A stretch of DNA of 64,000 nt from an uncultured delta proteobacterium (GCA_963827685.1 CAWHBU010000002.1:704001-768000), one strand, 5' to 3'; positions 1-9,359 are shown, counted from the stretch's first letter. Made by a program: numbers and translations. Notes: generated by a model not told the origin, from the sequence alone.

Positions 1-797
1 AAGGTCTTCCCCTCATGGTTCATGATGGACCGAGCCAACAGGGAGAGAGTCTCCTGCTCCCTTTTGGAAAGCCATGCGTAGGCTTCATTCCATTGATTTC
101 TGAGGGCTTGAGCCTCTTCAATTCCGGCGGAAATCAATCCCTCGATAGGAAGAAGTGTTTTAAGGAAAGCCGCAAAAGCTATTTTCCTCAGGGGAGGAGA
201 GCCTTGAACGACCTCCCAGATACGGTGCTCCTCTTCAGTATCGGAAATGATGTGCTTGAGAAGGACCTGCTGGCTGAAACCAAGGCCTATTTTGGCAAGC
301 CACTGCATCACTTCCCGATCTTTAATGGCCACTGAGAGGAGGTAGACACTTTGTTGAAGAAGGGATAGATTAAAACCACAGGAAATTCCCGCCTCCTGAA
401 GCTTGCTTGAGAAACGAAAGGTGTAGAATTCCAGGGTGCCGTGGTGTAAGGCATGGCCGATCTCATGGTGAATAACACCCTGAATGATCACGCTAGGGAT
501 TCCTATCAGCCTTTCTTCGCAAACATGAATCCTCGGATAACCTCTCCATGCGTCATGGGTGGCCAGGAAATCCGTCTCTTCTCCCGTCACAATGCCGAGT
601 TCCTTCTTTTCTCTCTGACAGAAGGCTTGAAATTCCTTCATCGTCTTCCAAATCCTTACGCACAGAAGAGGAGGCGGAGATGGAAACTCTGCCATTTCCA
701 GAACCTCGTTGGCCCACAATCGAACCTGGGTCAAGAAGCTCTCGTCTATCTTCTCGTGGGCTACCATTTGAATCTGCGTGCCCATTCGACAACTCAT
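1..797 (-). CDS. Hypothetical zincin-like metallopeptidase-domain protein, truncated by the window edge (absent from the ORF track)
   Basis: Manual translation: ATG at 797 (alternative 785, AAGGAG upstream) opens a frame with no stop to position 1: MSCRMGTQIQMVAHEKID...VIHHEIGHALHHG...; contains an HExxH motif. Confidence 0.7.
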   Translation of the reverse strand, partial: MSCRMGTQIQMVAHEKIDESFLTQVRLWANEVLEMAEFPSPPPLLCVRIWKTMKEFQAFCQREKKELGIVTGEETDFLATHDAWRGYPRIHVCEERLIGIPSVIIQGVIHHEIGHALHHGTLEFYTFRFSSKLQEAGISCGFNLSLLQQSVYLLSVAIKDREVMQWLAKIGLGFSQQVLLKHIISDTEEEHRIWEVVQGSPPLRKIAFAAFLKTLLPIEGLISAGIEEAQALRNQWNEAYAWLSKREQETLSLLARSIMNHEGKT

Positions 798-915
798 CTC
801 CTTTTATCCGGGATATGGGGGCCAATATGACCAAAGGGAGTCTGACAAAGAACGGTGGAGAGACCGGTTCCCCGAAGGAAATGGTAGACCTCTACCATCT
901 CCTGATAGGAAGGTT

Positions 916-2361
916 GAGTCAATACCTTTTTTAGTTGAAATTCGATAATGGCTCCTTGTTGAGTTCATCAGGCCGCCTCCGCCACCTTCGGCATTTCTTG
1001 TTTTCCTCCCTGTCTCGCAATCTCCCTCTGGATAGAAATTCTTAACTGTGGAAGATATCTGTAACCCTTGACCTTTCTAAGTCTCGGCTCAATATCTAAA
1101 AGGGCTGCGGCTAACCACCGATGCTTCTGATCACTATTCTTCCAATAATCGACCTTGTCGGTCTTCTGACCAATGAGCGCCATCAAGGATTCGATACAGT
1201 TCGTGGTTTTAAAGCTGATTCCACATTCTCTAAGGAGTCCCAAACGATGCAGCGTCAAGGTCTCTTCACATCCTTCGTCTAAACTATTGACCGCCGATCG
1301 GTTGAGCAGCTGCAGTTCCTTACGAATCTTTAACAGTCTCTCCTTCGCCCTTTCATAGATGGGCTCCTCATAGGCCTCTTGAAGCTTCCGCCTCATCGAA
1401 GCCTGCATCGCCTTCGGAAGATAACTCACCACATTCTCCCGCTTGTGCCACTGGCATCGCTGCACCAAGGCTTTATTCCCAAAAACTTCATACACCGCTT
1501 TCCTCAACCCTTTCGATCCATCAATCACACATAAAAACCCTTCTTCCATCTCTAGCCCACGCTCCAGCAACCCCTGGAGCATTTCCCGGCCAACCCGCTC
1601 ATTCTCCGTCCCCGCCTGAATAAATCCTAAAAGAATCTTCTCCCCTTTGACGGTAATCCCCAATACCAAAATCATCTCATCTGCACCAAAACTCTTCCCA
1701 TCCAGAATCAATGCTACAAAATCATACCCCTCCAATCGACGCTCGCAAAGCTCCTTGAGCGCTTTTGCGCTGACTCGAATGTATCGCCTCGAAATCGTCG
1801 AACCACTCAAACCAAAAGCCTCCGGCACCGCTTCCGCACACTCCTCATAGTTCCGACAACTTAATCCATGGAGAACTCGTCTCAATACCCCTTCATCTGC
1901 CCCACGAGGCTCCTGTAACCGCTCATAACTCTTTAACCGTACCTCTTTCCCCCCACGCCTATCTCTCACCCTTGGCACCAAGATCGGAAGCTTCTGATCC
2001 GATAGATAAACTGACCCCCCTTGGCTCCCCCAACGATCATACCCAGGAACCCCCCGGCGCTTATATCTTTCCCCAGCTAAACTTCTGACTTCTTCCTCCA
2101 AAACCTCCTTCACATGCCACAACCCTACGGGGATCAATGCCTGGATTAACTCTATCTTCATATCCACATCCATCTGCTTCAATCCCCTATCACAAATCTC
2201 TTTCACCCGCGCCCGCCTAACCTTGACACCTCTACCAATCCGTAATATCTTCTCCATCACTGGCTCCTTTCTTGGTGGTTTTTCTTTTTCTTCCCAAAGT
2301 AAGAGATTACCACCATTTTAGGAGCCACTTCTCAAATTTCAACTAAATTTAGCACACCCTC
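916..2361 (-). mobile_element. Complete IS256-family insertion sequence (1446 bp)
   Basis: Imperfect terminal inverted repeats of about 40 bp (GAG..TTTAGTTGAAATTcGA..TGGCTCCT vs GAG..TTTAGTTGAAATTtGA..TGGCTCCT); 8-bp direct repeat GGAAGGTT at 908-915 and 2362-2369. Confidence 0.95.
968..2260 (-). CDS. IS256 (Mutator-type) DDE transposase
   Basis: Motifs VPRVRDR, LILDG, IDGSKGL, QRCQWHKRENV, TTNCIES. Confidence 0.95.
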   Translation of the reverse strand: MMEKILRIGRGVKVRRARVKEICDRGLKQMDVDMKIELIQALIPVGLWHVKEVLEEEVRSLAGERYKRRGVPGYDRWGSQGGSVYLSDQKLPILVPRVRDRRGGKEVRLKSYERLQEPRGADEGVLRRVLHGLSCRNYEECAEAVPEAFGLSGSTISRRYIRVSAKALKELCERRLEGYDFVALILDGKSFGADEMILVLGITVKGEKILLGFIQAGTENERVGREMLQGLLERGLEMEEGFLCVIDGSKGLRKAVYEVFGNKALVQRCQWHKRENVVSYLPKAMQASMRRKLQEAYEEPIYERAKERLLKIRKELQLLNRSAVNSLDEGCEETLTLHRLGLLRECGISFKTTNCIESLMALIGQKTDKVDYWKNSDQKHRWLAAALLDIEPRLRKVKGYRYLPQLRISIQREIARQGGKQEMPKVAEAA

Positions 2362-2690
2362 GGAAGGTTTGCCATCGAGGTAAATGGTGATGGTTTCCCA
2401 CGAAGGTCTTTCTTCCATTTTTACAGGTCATAAGGGCATGAGACATGACACGCTTGACAGCCGACGCAAGACACATACCGGCAAATCCACTTTCCACAAT
2501 ATTGGCAATCTTGACAGAGATTAGGATCTCTTTTTGAAATCTAAGGGGCCATAGCTGAAAATGATTTTATCACCCATTTGAGATGAAGTCATCTCTCGTT
2601 ATATAATGTTTATCGGCAAGGCATTCTGCAACGAATGGGCTGGAGAGATTACAGTACGTTTAGTTAAGGTTAAGTTTTTCTGAACTATCT

Positions 2691-3293
2691 ATGCCTCTTT
2701 ACTCCTTTACCAGTGATTTAAGCTACAGTGTTTTAGAGTTGTATTCTGAAATGGATAGACAAACGGCCGAATTCCGGAATGCAACTGGACTACGCTGTCT
2801 TCCCAGTTGTGGGCAATGTTGTGAATCTGCTCCGCCTGAAGCCACAGTGATCGAACTGCTTCCTGCGGCAGAGGAATTATTTTCTAGAGGAGAGGCCCAA
2901 CAATGGCTGGAACGCATTGCATCGGTTCGAGAGACTGGGAGATGCGTATTCTTCCAGCCGGACCCTTTGATCCCAGGAAATGGTCATTGTCAGTTATACG
3001 CGTTTCGGCCATCGGTATGCCGTCTGTTTGCCTTCGCAGCGATGAAAAATAAAAATGGAAAGCCAGAACTACTGACCTGCCGTCGCCAGAAAGAGCAGAT
3101 ACCTTTTCCTGTTAAAGGAGCCCAGGAAGCAATTTCGGGAGGAATGGCTGTCCCAAGTTTCGATTACTTTTTCTTTAAGATGGTAGCCCTTGAACTATCG
3201 CTCGGAAGGCAGCGGGTACCTATCAACCGGGCTCTTCATCTCGCCTTGGAAAAATATGGGCTCACGGTTCAACTGATGGAAGCAAATGGCTAG
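2691..3293 (+). CDS. YkgJ-family cysteine-cluster (CxxxCxxCC) protein
   Basis: CLPSCGQCC, then CVFF, CQLYAFRPSVCRLF. Confidence 0.85.
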   Translation: MPLYSFTSDLSYSVLELYSEMDRQTAEFRNATGLRCLPSCGQCCESAPPEATVIELLPAAEELFSRGEAQQWLERIASVRETGRCVFFQPDPLIPGNGHCQLYAFRPSVCRLFAFAAMKNKNGKPELLTCRRQKEQIPFPVKGAQEAISGGMAVPSFDYFFFKMVALELSLGRQRVPINRALHLALEKYGLTVQLMEANG

Positions 3294-3489
3294 AAATCCA
3301 GGGGAAGAAATGATAGATTAAGGCTTGGTGGAAGTCAGGGTCATAAACATCTCTGCCTTTTTTATGCACATTTCAACTAGAAATCGTTACCTTTCAGAGT
3401 AGCCTTAGAGTGAAGACTCGTAGGTGTAACTTTCAGATCAGGATTTATCTTGTCACTACCCATCAAAATCAGCATTGGTCAGGATAGAT

Positions 3490-4119
3490 TTAGGGTTTCT
3501 CATCCTGTGACTTACCACTAAGTGCCTTTTGTGCCTCGATTTCCTTCGTCCGCTTCACCGCTAACTTCACGAGGTAGACAATTTTCGGGCTCAACTCCGG
3601 AGCAGTTAAGGTCCTATTTATCTGGCCCTGCTCTTCCTCCTCTTTATCCCTGTGCTTTCCATTACCGAGGAGGCCCAAATTCTTGGCCATGTTGGTAAGA
3701 GAAGGATTCGGGTCCCATAACCGGACCTTTTTGGTATAACCAACAAGAATACGGTTCTCCCCTTTTCCCTGATATTCCTCAAAGGTCTCAACTCCCGCTA
3801 CTGCGGGTCCTATCTCGTCCGGCCATTCATGGGGAGGCAACAAGGTCCCATCAGGCCGATAAAGCTTCCGGATGTCAGCAAAACCAATTCGTGCCATCCT
3901 GGTCAACACTTCTACGGCATGGACCCCGATCTTCCGTAGGCGTTCTTCCATTGCACGATCTAAAGCTTGCCGAACTGTAGGAATCTGTAGGAGTTGATAA
4001 GCCATTTCAGACGCTCTCTTAGGGGAATACCCCGCCTTGATAGCCGCCTTGGTTCCATTAAAGTTTGTTTGATATTCGGCTACGAAAAGCCTTTGTTTTC
4101 TGGTAAGTTTAGCACGCAT
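3490..4119 (-). CDS. terS: Phage terminase small subunit
   Basis: LTRKQRLFVAEY..NGTKAAIKAGYS..A..LL N-terminus and GFADIRKL...KKVRLWD segment typical of Terminase_2. Confidence 0.9.
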   Translation of the reverse strand: MRAKLTRKQRLFVAEYQTNFNGTKAAIKAGYSPKRASEMAYQLLQIPTVRQALDRAMEERLRKIGVHAVEVLTRMARIGFADIRKLYRPDGTLLPPHEWPDEIGPAVAGVETFEEYQGKGENRILVGYTKKVRLWDPNPSLTNMAKNLGLLGNGKHRDKEEEEQGQINRTLTAPELSPKIVYLVKLAVKRTKEIEAQKALSGKSQDEKP

Positions 4120-4268
4120 CTTGTCTCCGCAAATCGGGCAATCAGATAGTCAAAAGATGAAGTTTTGTGAAGTAGCTGGTGCTCCCGATGGGCCGACAGA
4201 ATTCGGTAGTTTCAGGGTATTCTATGGCCTTTTTTACTGAGGCTTTCTGCAGTTGCTTCACCCGCGCG

Positions 4269-4472
4269 TTATTGTTTAACAACCTCGTTCTCATTTTGTT
4301 TTACAGACTCCTTCTGATTTTGTTTAACAACAACCTCCCATCCAGCCGCTATGAGCCGATAGAGAAAGAGTGTCAAAGTCTCCTGCCTCTTTTGGGCCTC
4401 TTCTAAGATCCGTTGCTTGGCGGCGGGAGGGACTCGAATCGCTATTATCTGCGTCCTTCTTTCTTTGCTCAT
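4269..4472 (-). CDS. Small putative ribbon-helix-helix DNA-binding protein
   Basis: RTQIIAIRV strand followed by two helices; tightly coupled to the upstream ORF. Confidence 0.5.
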   Translation of the reverse strand: MSKERRTQIIAIRVPPAAKQRILEEAQKRQETLTLFLYRLIAAGWEVVVKQNQKESVKQNENEVVKQ

Positions 4473-4477
4473 TCCCC

Positions 4478-4981
4478 CTAAAACCTCCTTTTGAATAATT
4501 GTTTACCTATCTTGGGATCGACACCAATTCTTAAGAACAACCCGTCAAATCTATGGCTTTCTTTTGAGCTTTCATAGGTGAGGTTATAGCAGTGCCGGCA
4601 ACCAAAATACTTACCGCCACCCAGATAAAGGACACCTACTCGGCGGTTACAAACTCTGCCATTGACCACCAAAGGACAAAGAAACCACCACCTACGGCCG
4701 CCGAAATTACAGGGAGTCCAATCAAGCGGTGCCTTATAATCAAGCTTAGTCTTATCGCCGGTGTGCCTGTCGGTTTGCGTGTATTGAAAGCGGATATATT
4801 CATCGCCTTCGACCGTTGAGACCATAAAGCCGATGCTTCCTGTTTTCTCACCTGCCCGGCTCCAGTTCATCCCGCCCCAGCGAATATCGCCGTTAAAGTA
4901 ATTGTGTTTGTTAAGGAATTTTGTCGTGATTGATTTGCATTCCTCAACCGTCCATCTGTCTGAATATGACCGTCTACCCAT
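4478..4981 (-). CDS. Mobile-element hypothetical protein with zinc-finger Cys motifs
   Basis: GGRRWWFLCP..CNRRV.VLY...FGCRHCYNLTYES, a pattern common in integrative elements. Confidence 0.75.
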   Translation of the reverse strand: MGRRSYSDRWTVEECKSITTKFLNKHNYFNGDIRWGGMNWSRAGEKTGSIGFMVSTVEGDEYIRFQYTQTDRHTGDKTKLDYKAPLDWTPCNFGGRRWWFLCPLVVNGRVCNRRVGVLYLGGGKYFGCRHCYNLTYESSKESHRFDGLFLRIGVDPKIGKQLFKRRF

Positions 4982-5592
4982 AAAATGTTTCTCTCTTTTC
5001 TTTTCCTAAATCATTAAGAAAAGTGTAGGTATAACTTTTCCTCTATCATTGTTTAACAGTCCTCATCCGGTCCGTATCTTATGAATCATGTGAATCATGT
5101 CCAGTCTCTTTTCCAGAGGAATTTTCTATTTCCGTTAATCACCAGTAATTCACAAGCAATCTGGGAGAAAGAGTATCCCGGGGAGTGGACGCTGCGGAGT
5201 GTTCCAGACGTCTGAAGATCTACGTGGTTCATAAGCGATTTTGAGGCCACAAAGGCCATTTAACCATTACCCCGCCCCTTTACCCCTACAACCCCCCGTG
5301 AGACTACCCCATTTGTAAGCCTTTCTAACCCCTTCCTGATAGCGTAGGAGGGGGTTTAAACGGGTCCTGACGGTGTGTGTGTCTGGGAAATCACCAGGGA
5401 GTTACTTCAATCGGTGTGGATCCCTATCTTCTGGAGACGCTCATCCGTCTGCTTTTTAATCGCCTCTAAAACCCAACTTTTACCAACCAGATGGTTAGCA
5501 ATTACCTCGGCAGTCTTGGCACTACCAACCCAACTCTTTGGTACTCCTGAATAAGCTGAAGTCAAGCCACGTCACCATGGCTTCCTCCCAGT

Positions 5593-5952
5593 CTAAGGCT
5601 CCGATTCTGTTGTTTCTGTCTGCGGCTGCGATCTCGGCAGGCTCGACAGCCAGTCTCTCATCTTCTGTTGGAACTCTGACGGGAGCTGCTTTCTCACCCG
5701 GCTCTCCACCGGAGGGCTGATCACTTCTTCGAACGCTGCCTCGGCGGCCTGGCTTGGGTTCTGCCCCCTTTTCTCCCTCGCCTGCTGGTTTAGCCAAGCC
5801 TGTTTCACCTTCATGCACAGTAGTTCCAGGAGCCTGTTTGGATCCTGCAGGAAGAGCTTTTCCACCTCCTGCGGGCGGTTCTCCATGAACCACTCCAGGC
5901 GGTCCGAGATCCACGGGTCGTCCCAGTATATTTTCATCTCGTCTGGACTCAC
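5593..5952 (-). CDS. Hypothetical protein
   Basis: 119-aa ORF, GGAGG upstream of the start, same strand as the element. Confidence 0.5.
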   Translation of the reverse strand: MSPDEMKIYWDDPWISDRLEWFMENRPQEVEKLFLQDPNRLLELLCMKVKQAWLNQQAREKRGQNPSQAAEAAFEEVISPPVESRVRKQLPSEFQQKMRDWLSSLPRSQPQTETTESEP

Positions 5953-6194
5953 CTGAAATCGCCTCCGTTACCTACCGATACCAGATGATCATGGGACCCC
6001 CCTCTCGGATCCGCAGAAAATCGACCAGTTGCAATTAAATTGCAATCCCAAGGGAGAGAAAAGGGTAGGGGTAGTGTCACTCAGTTCCAATAGGTACCGC
6101 GTGGCGATTCTTTTTTCCCCCAGAAGTCGCTCCCTTCGCCCTTTCTGTCTGCCTGAGTATTTCTCCCATCTTGCGCTCTGCTTCGCCACTCTCT

Positions 6195-6254
6195 TGTAGG
6201 CAGTTGTAGATCATGTAGACACTCTGTAGACAAAATGTAGTCACCTTGTAGACA
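6195..6254. repeat. Six phased TGTAG(AC) repeats, iteron-like
   Basis: TGTAG at 6195, 6205, 6214, 6225, 6236, 6247 (spacing 10, 9, 11, 11, 11). Confidence 0.8.
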
Positions 6255-6424
6255 GATTTTCCTCATTGTTCAATCCCTTTCATTGATGAGGGATTTTCCG
6301 GTTGACGCTCTAATCCATGCCCCGAATGTGTTGGAGGCTCCCCATGGGATCTGACTTCTCCTGGCCCCGAGTTGCAACCAATTGCAAGTCACGCATTAAC
6401 CTGGATCCCTTCCTTCTCTTCAGG

Positions 6425-6560
6425 ATGCTTATCGAGAATGTCCACCATGGTGGACAAACAGAAATTCTACCGACCAATGAACGTCAAACCCGTGCATTAT
6501 CTAAAATTCCCCCCGGGCAACAAATAGAGGTCTGGCAGAAAGCTGTCGAAACTGCACCAA
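6425..6560 (+). pseudogene. Gene fragment resembling a phage-type ILPTNERQxRxL..QxxVWQKAVETAP domain
   Basis: Recognisable motif embedded in an otherwise non-protein-like ORF (6317-6724). Confidence 0.45.
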
Positions 6561-6703
6561 GCCAGTTTATTGATAGGGTTATCGGGTTACCCTCCTTCTC
6601 TTTTAAGCGACTATTTCCTTGCCCACATCGACCGGGCCGTCAAAATTTTTTTTTGATTTTTGATTTTTTGTGGTCGCCACATGAATCCATACCCCTTACT
6701 CCC

Positions 6704-6750
6704 AAACCTAACCCTAAAACCTAAACCTAAACCTAAAATCTAAACCTAAA
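6704..6750. repeat. Tandem (A)AACCTA array, about 7 units, just downstream of rep
   Basis: AACCTA ACCCTA AAACCTA AACCTA AACCTA AAATCTA AACCTA. Confidence 0.8.
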
Positions 6751-6791
6751 AGAGGAGGAGGTTTCACCACCCATACAAGACTACACACCAG

Positions 6792-8183
6792 TTAACACCT
6801 CTTAAGAAGTTGGGAGATACCGGCTGCTGTCATACCCATTTGGGAAGCTATCTCCCTGTAACTCAAGCCCTTTTGTCTCATTTCAATGGCTTGTTTCTGT
6901 CGCTTTCCGACCTGAATGAGCCTTTGGGCCTCATATTCTGCCCTGGATAGCATTCCCCTGGCCCTTCGAATCTTTTTAATTGCCTCTTTCCAGCGCCGCC
7001 GCTTCTCTCCTTTGGAAATAAGAATCTTCATCTCCCGCTCTTCGTCTGGAGTGACATGGAGCATATCAAGAGCCCTTTGATTCGTGTATCGATACCGCTC
7101 CTGCTGCTTCTGCGCCTCTATCATTTCCGCCTTGAATCGTTTATAGATGAAAGAGACATGACTGCGAATTTTGGCCCCTGTCCAATGGGGAGCGAATTGT
7201 CTACTCAACGCTTCCAGCTCCTGAGATAGGCGAAATGGATGTTCAACTGTCGGCGGAGTGATCCAGCTTAAAGAAATCGCTGCAAGAAAAATAAATGGGT
7301 CTCGCTGGCCGTCCGGATTTCCATGCTCCCATCCTCGAAGTTTCGTAAGGGTCCGCATGTCCTCAATCCGATTCCAATGCAAAGATTCTTGAGTAAATTT
7401 CCACCGCATTGGGTCCACTTTGGTTGCTCTCTGTGCCCTGGCTGCTCTCATTTCAGCCCGCACCGATCTCAAGATTTCCATTTCTTCCCGCGTATAAGGG
7501 AGAACCTTATCGGCCAATATATCAAAATCGTAGCGGATGGGGTTGTATTTATCACCATTCACACAATTTACATAAAGAACCTTTACAAATTCGCCTGACT
7601 TCGTGTTGACCGTTCGATCGATCCTTAAAACCCTGCTGGCATCCAAGGCCATATTGTCAGCCCCAAAGGGTTCAAGTCTCTTGGCAAGATGCCTTTGAAC
7701 CGCATTCCATCTCGGAAGGGCGGCCCTTGGAAGAGACCCATCCGGTAGCCATTTGACTTGGAGCCCCCTGCCTGAAAACAAAACCACTGATGGAATAGGA
7801 ATTCCTTTATTCTGACAGTAGTTCAATAGCAAAGAAGTTGATTTCTCGGGTTTTAAATCGATTAAATTTCCAACTTTATACGTGTCAAGATCCAAAAAAA
7901 TAGTATTGATCCTCAATAGATTAGCCACCCTCCGATTTCTCCTAAAAAAATCGTTCACCGAGAGCCAACTATCCCAGCGCCTATCAATATGGGATAATAC
8001 AAAAGGCATTTCGGAGAGCAGGAAAGAGTCTTGGTTTACGCGATCCCCTCTTTTAACCAAGGTGGAAAAATACCCAGGTGAACCAGGATCATGGTAGAAA
8101 AGAGGCTCAAATATTAATTGGGAAGTATCCTGAAATTCGTTATTTAATGTGCCGTACAGACAACTCACCTCCTTTCTGGCCAA
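6792..8183 (-). CDS. Plasmid-type replication initiator (AEP/primase-like Rep with C-terminal HTH)
   Basis: FLDLD, PSVVLFSGRGLQVKW, GAD..ALDASRVLR..TVNTKS; C-terminal KGLSYREIASQMG HTH; start codon uncertain. Confidence 0.8.
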   Translation of the reverse strand: MARKEVSCLYGTLNNEFQDTSQLIFEPLFYHDPGSPGYFSTLVKRGDRVNQDSFLLSEMPFVLSHIDRRWDSWLSVNDFFRRNRRVANLLRINTIFLDLDTYKVGNLIDLKPEKSTSLLLNYCQNKGIPIPSVVLFSGRGLQVKWLPDGSLPRAALPRWNAVQRHLAKRLEPFGADNMALDASRVLRIDRTVNTKSGEFVKVLYVNCVNGDKYNPIRYDFDILADKVLPYTREEMEILRSVRAEMRAARAQRATKVDPMRWKFTQESLHWNRIEDMRTLTKLRGWEHGNPDGQRDPFIFLAAISLSWITPPTVEHPFRLSQELEALSRQFAPHWTGAKIRSHVSFIYKRFKAEMIEAQKQQERYRYTNQRALDMLHVTPDEEREMKILISKGEKRRRWKEAIKKIRRARGMLSRAEYEAQRLIQVGKRQKQAIEMRQKGLSYREIASQMGMTAAGISQLLKRC

Positions 8184-8192
8184 AAAATGAAA

Positions 8193-8600
8193 TTAGAATT
8201 TAATATCGTGTTCTTCTCTAATTTCGATATGATCATCTTTCAATTGGAGTGAATAAGGTTTACTTAGGAACTCTTGAATTTCATTTATGCCATACCCATT
8301 CTTTACGAGGGTCTCAACCATTGCCTCAAGTTTTGGGTCGTTAACGTGCATTTTGTCGAATTCTCGGTCTATAGTCGCCCACGGGCACTTGATCTGAGAA
8401 CCACACCGATCACAGAACATAAGCGCTGGGGTAAGGGTCCCATTGAACTGGGGACTTTCTGAAAAAAAGAAAGCGTTTAATGACGCGCTTTCCAATTCCT
8501 TATCGGTAAGGCATTTCATGCAGATACTTTTACCTTCCGGTATTCCATCTTTACATACTGTGACGCTGCATCCCCAAAGATCCTCTTTGTTTATAATCAT
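8193..8600 (-). CDS. Hypothetical protein with CxxC motifs
   Basis: CMKC, CDRCG; in the element operon. Confidence 0.6.
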   Translation of the reverse strand: MIINKEDLWGCSVTVCKDGIPEGKSICMKCLTDKELESASLNAFFFSESPQFNGTLTPALMFCDRCGSQIKCPWATIDREFDKMHVNDPKLEAMVETLVKNGYGINEIQEFLSKPYSLQLKDDHIEIREEHDIKF

Positions 8601-8639
8601 GGTTCCATCTCCTTCATCTGGCCATTGGCCGGTTAAGGG

Positions 8640-9044
8640 TTAAAGATTCACGCTCCTTTCAGAGGCCTTCATATGCTTTTCCCATATTAATGAAAGCGTG
8701 GGAATTACCACCATCTCGAAGATTTCTAAAGAATATTCTTCCCCGGCAAGGTCTTTGATGTCGCCTCCTGAATAGCCATTAACCAAGAGTGTTCTAACCA
8801 TTAAGTGCTCCACCCATTGAAACCACTGGCCCGCCGCGTGATCGAAGAGGAACCCGCCCCGGTGATGGTCAATGAAAAGTCGGGCATCACCATCCTCGTT
8901 TGAATTGAGTGCCTTTAGAATGGCCTCGCTCGAAAGGGTAGGTGATCCCGGTCCAGGATCTCCCGTGGTCGGTCCCCATTGTTCGGCCTCTTCCGCAACC
9001 CTGGCAAAGACAGCCCCTTGAATGGTTTCGGTTTGTGGGTTCAT
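8640..9044 (-). pseudogene. Truncated P4-family primase (D5_N-like) N-terminus fused to an unrelated tail
   Basis: NEDGDARLFIDHHRGGFLFDHAAGQWFQW is D5_N-like; no helicase domain follows. Confidence 0.6.
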
Positions 9045-9055
9045 CAGTTGCCTTT

Positions 9056-9286
9056 CTATTCGTCAAGAGATACGGTCCGGTGTTCAAGCCATTCGATAAG
9101 CTCATTGACAGGGTAGGCCACTTTGCGCCCGCATCGAATGCGGCCTGGAGGCCCCGCGCCCTGTGAGTCTAAATTCGCGATGTATTTTTCGCTCATAATA
9201 CCGCCGCTGAATGTCTTGATCTCCTGGCGGGCTACAAAAGGGGACGGCCATTTGTCGGCTAAACTTCGAAGGGTTACTTTTGTCAT
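9056..9286 (-). CDS. AlpA/excisionase-like small DNA-binding protein
   Basis: 76 aa; GAGPPGRIRCGRKVAYPVNELIEWL; typical position after int and a regulator. Confidence 0.8.
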   Translation of the reverse strand: MTKVTLRSLADKWPSPFVARQEIKTFSGGIMSEKYIANLDSQGAGPPGRIRCGRKVAYPVNELIEWLEHRTVSLDE

Positions 9287-9291
9287 AAAAA

Positions 9292-9321
9292 AACCTCCAA
9301 AGAAATTTGTTCTTGGAGGTT
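9292..9321 (-). promoter_or_regulatory. Hairpin covering the alpA ribosome-binding site, followed by a U-run
   Basis: Minus strand: AACCTCCAAGAA-caaat-TTCTTTGGAGGTT-TTTT..ATG. Confidence 0.55.
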
Positions 9322-9342
9322 ATCTTAAAATATGGGAAATGA

Positions 9343-9359
9343 CAGTAAGTAACTTACTG
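9343..9359. promoter_or_regulatory. Perfect palindrome, putative operator upstream of alpA
   Basis: CAGTAAGT-A-ACTTACTG. Confidence 0.5.

Larger units (their letters stand above)
794..2418 (-). pseudogene. 56-aa ORF split by the IS256 insertion
   Basis: Removing the IS plus one target-duplication copy joins 2418-2362 to 907-794 in frame: MEERPSWETITIYLDGKPS|YQEMVEVYHFLRGTGLSTVLCQTPFGHIGPHIPDKRR*; the stop overlaps the next ATG (ATGA). Confidence 0.65.

Noticed and set aside
15-934. Plus-strand ORFs 15-335, 453-830, 548-934 and minus ORF 553-834
   Set aside because: Shadows of the long minus-strand HExxH frame
3386-3437. GTTACCTTTCAGA / GTAACTTTCAGA repeat as the left att or a res site
   Set aside because: No similarity to the tRNA core or TGTCCCCC arm sites; too short to support
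6195-6750. Short repeat arrays as CRISPR or true telomeric DNA
   Set aside because: Units are 5-7 bp without spacers, no cas genes are present, and the location is internal to a bacterial element
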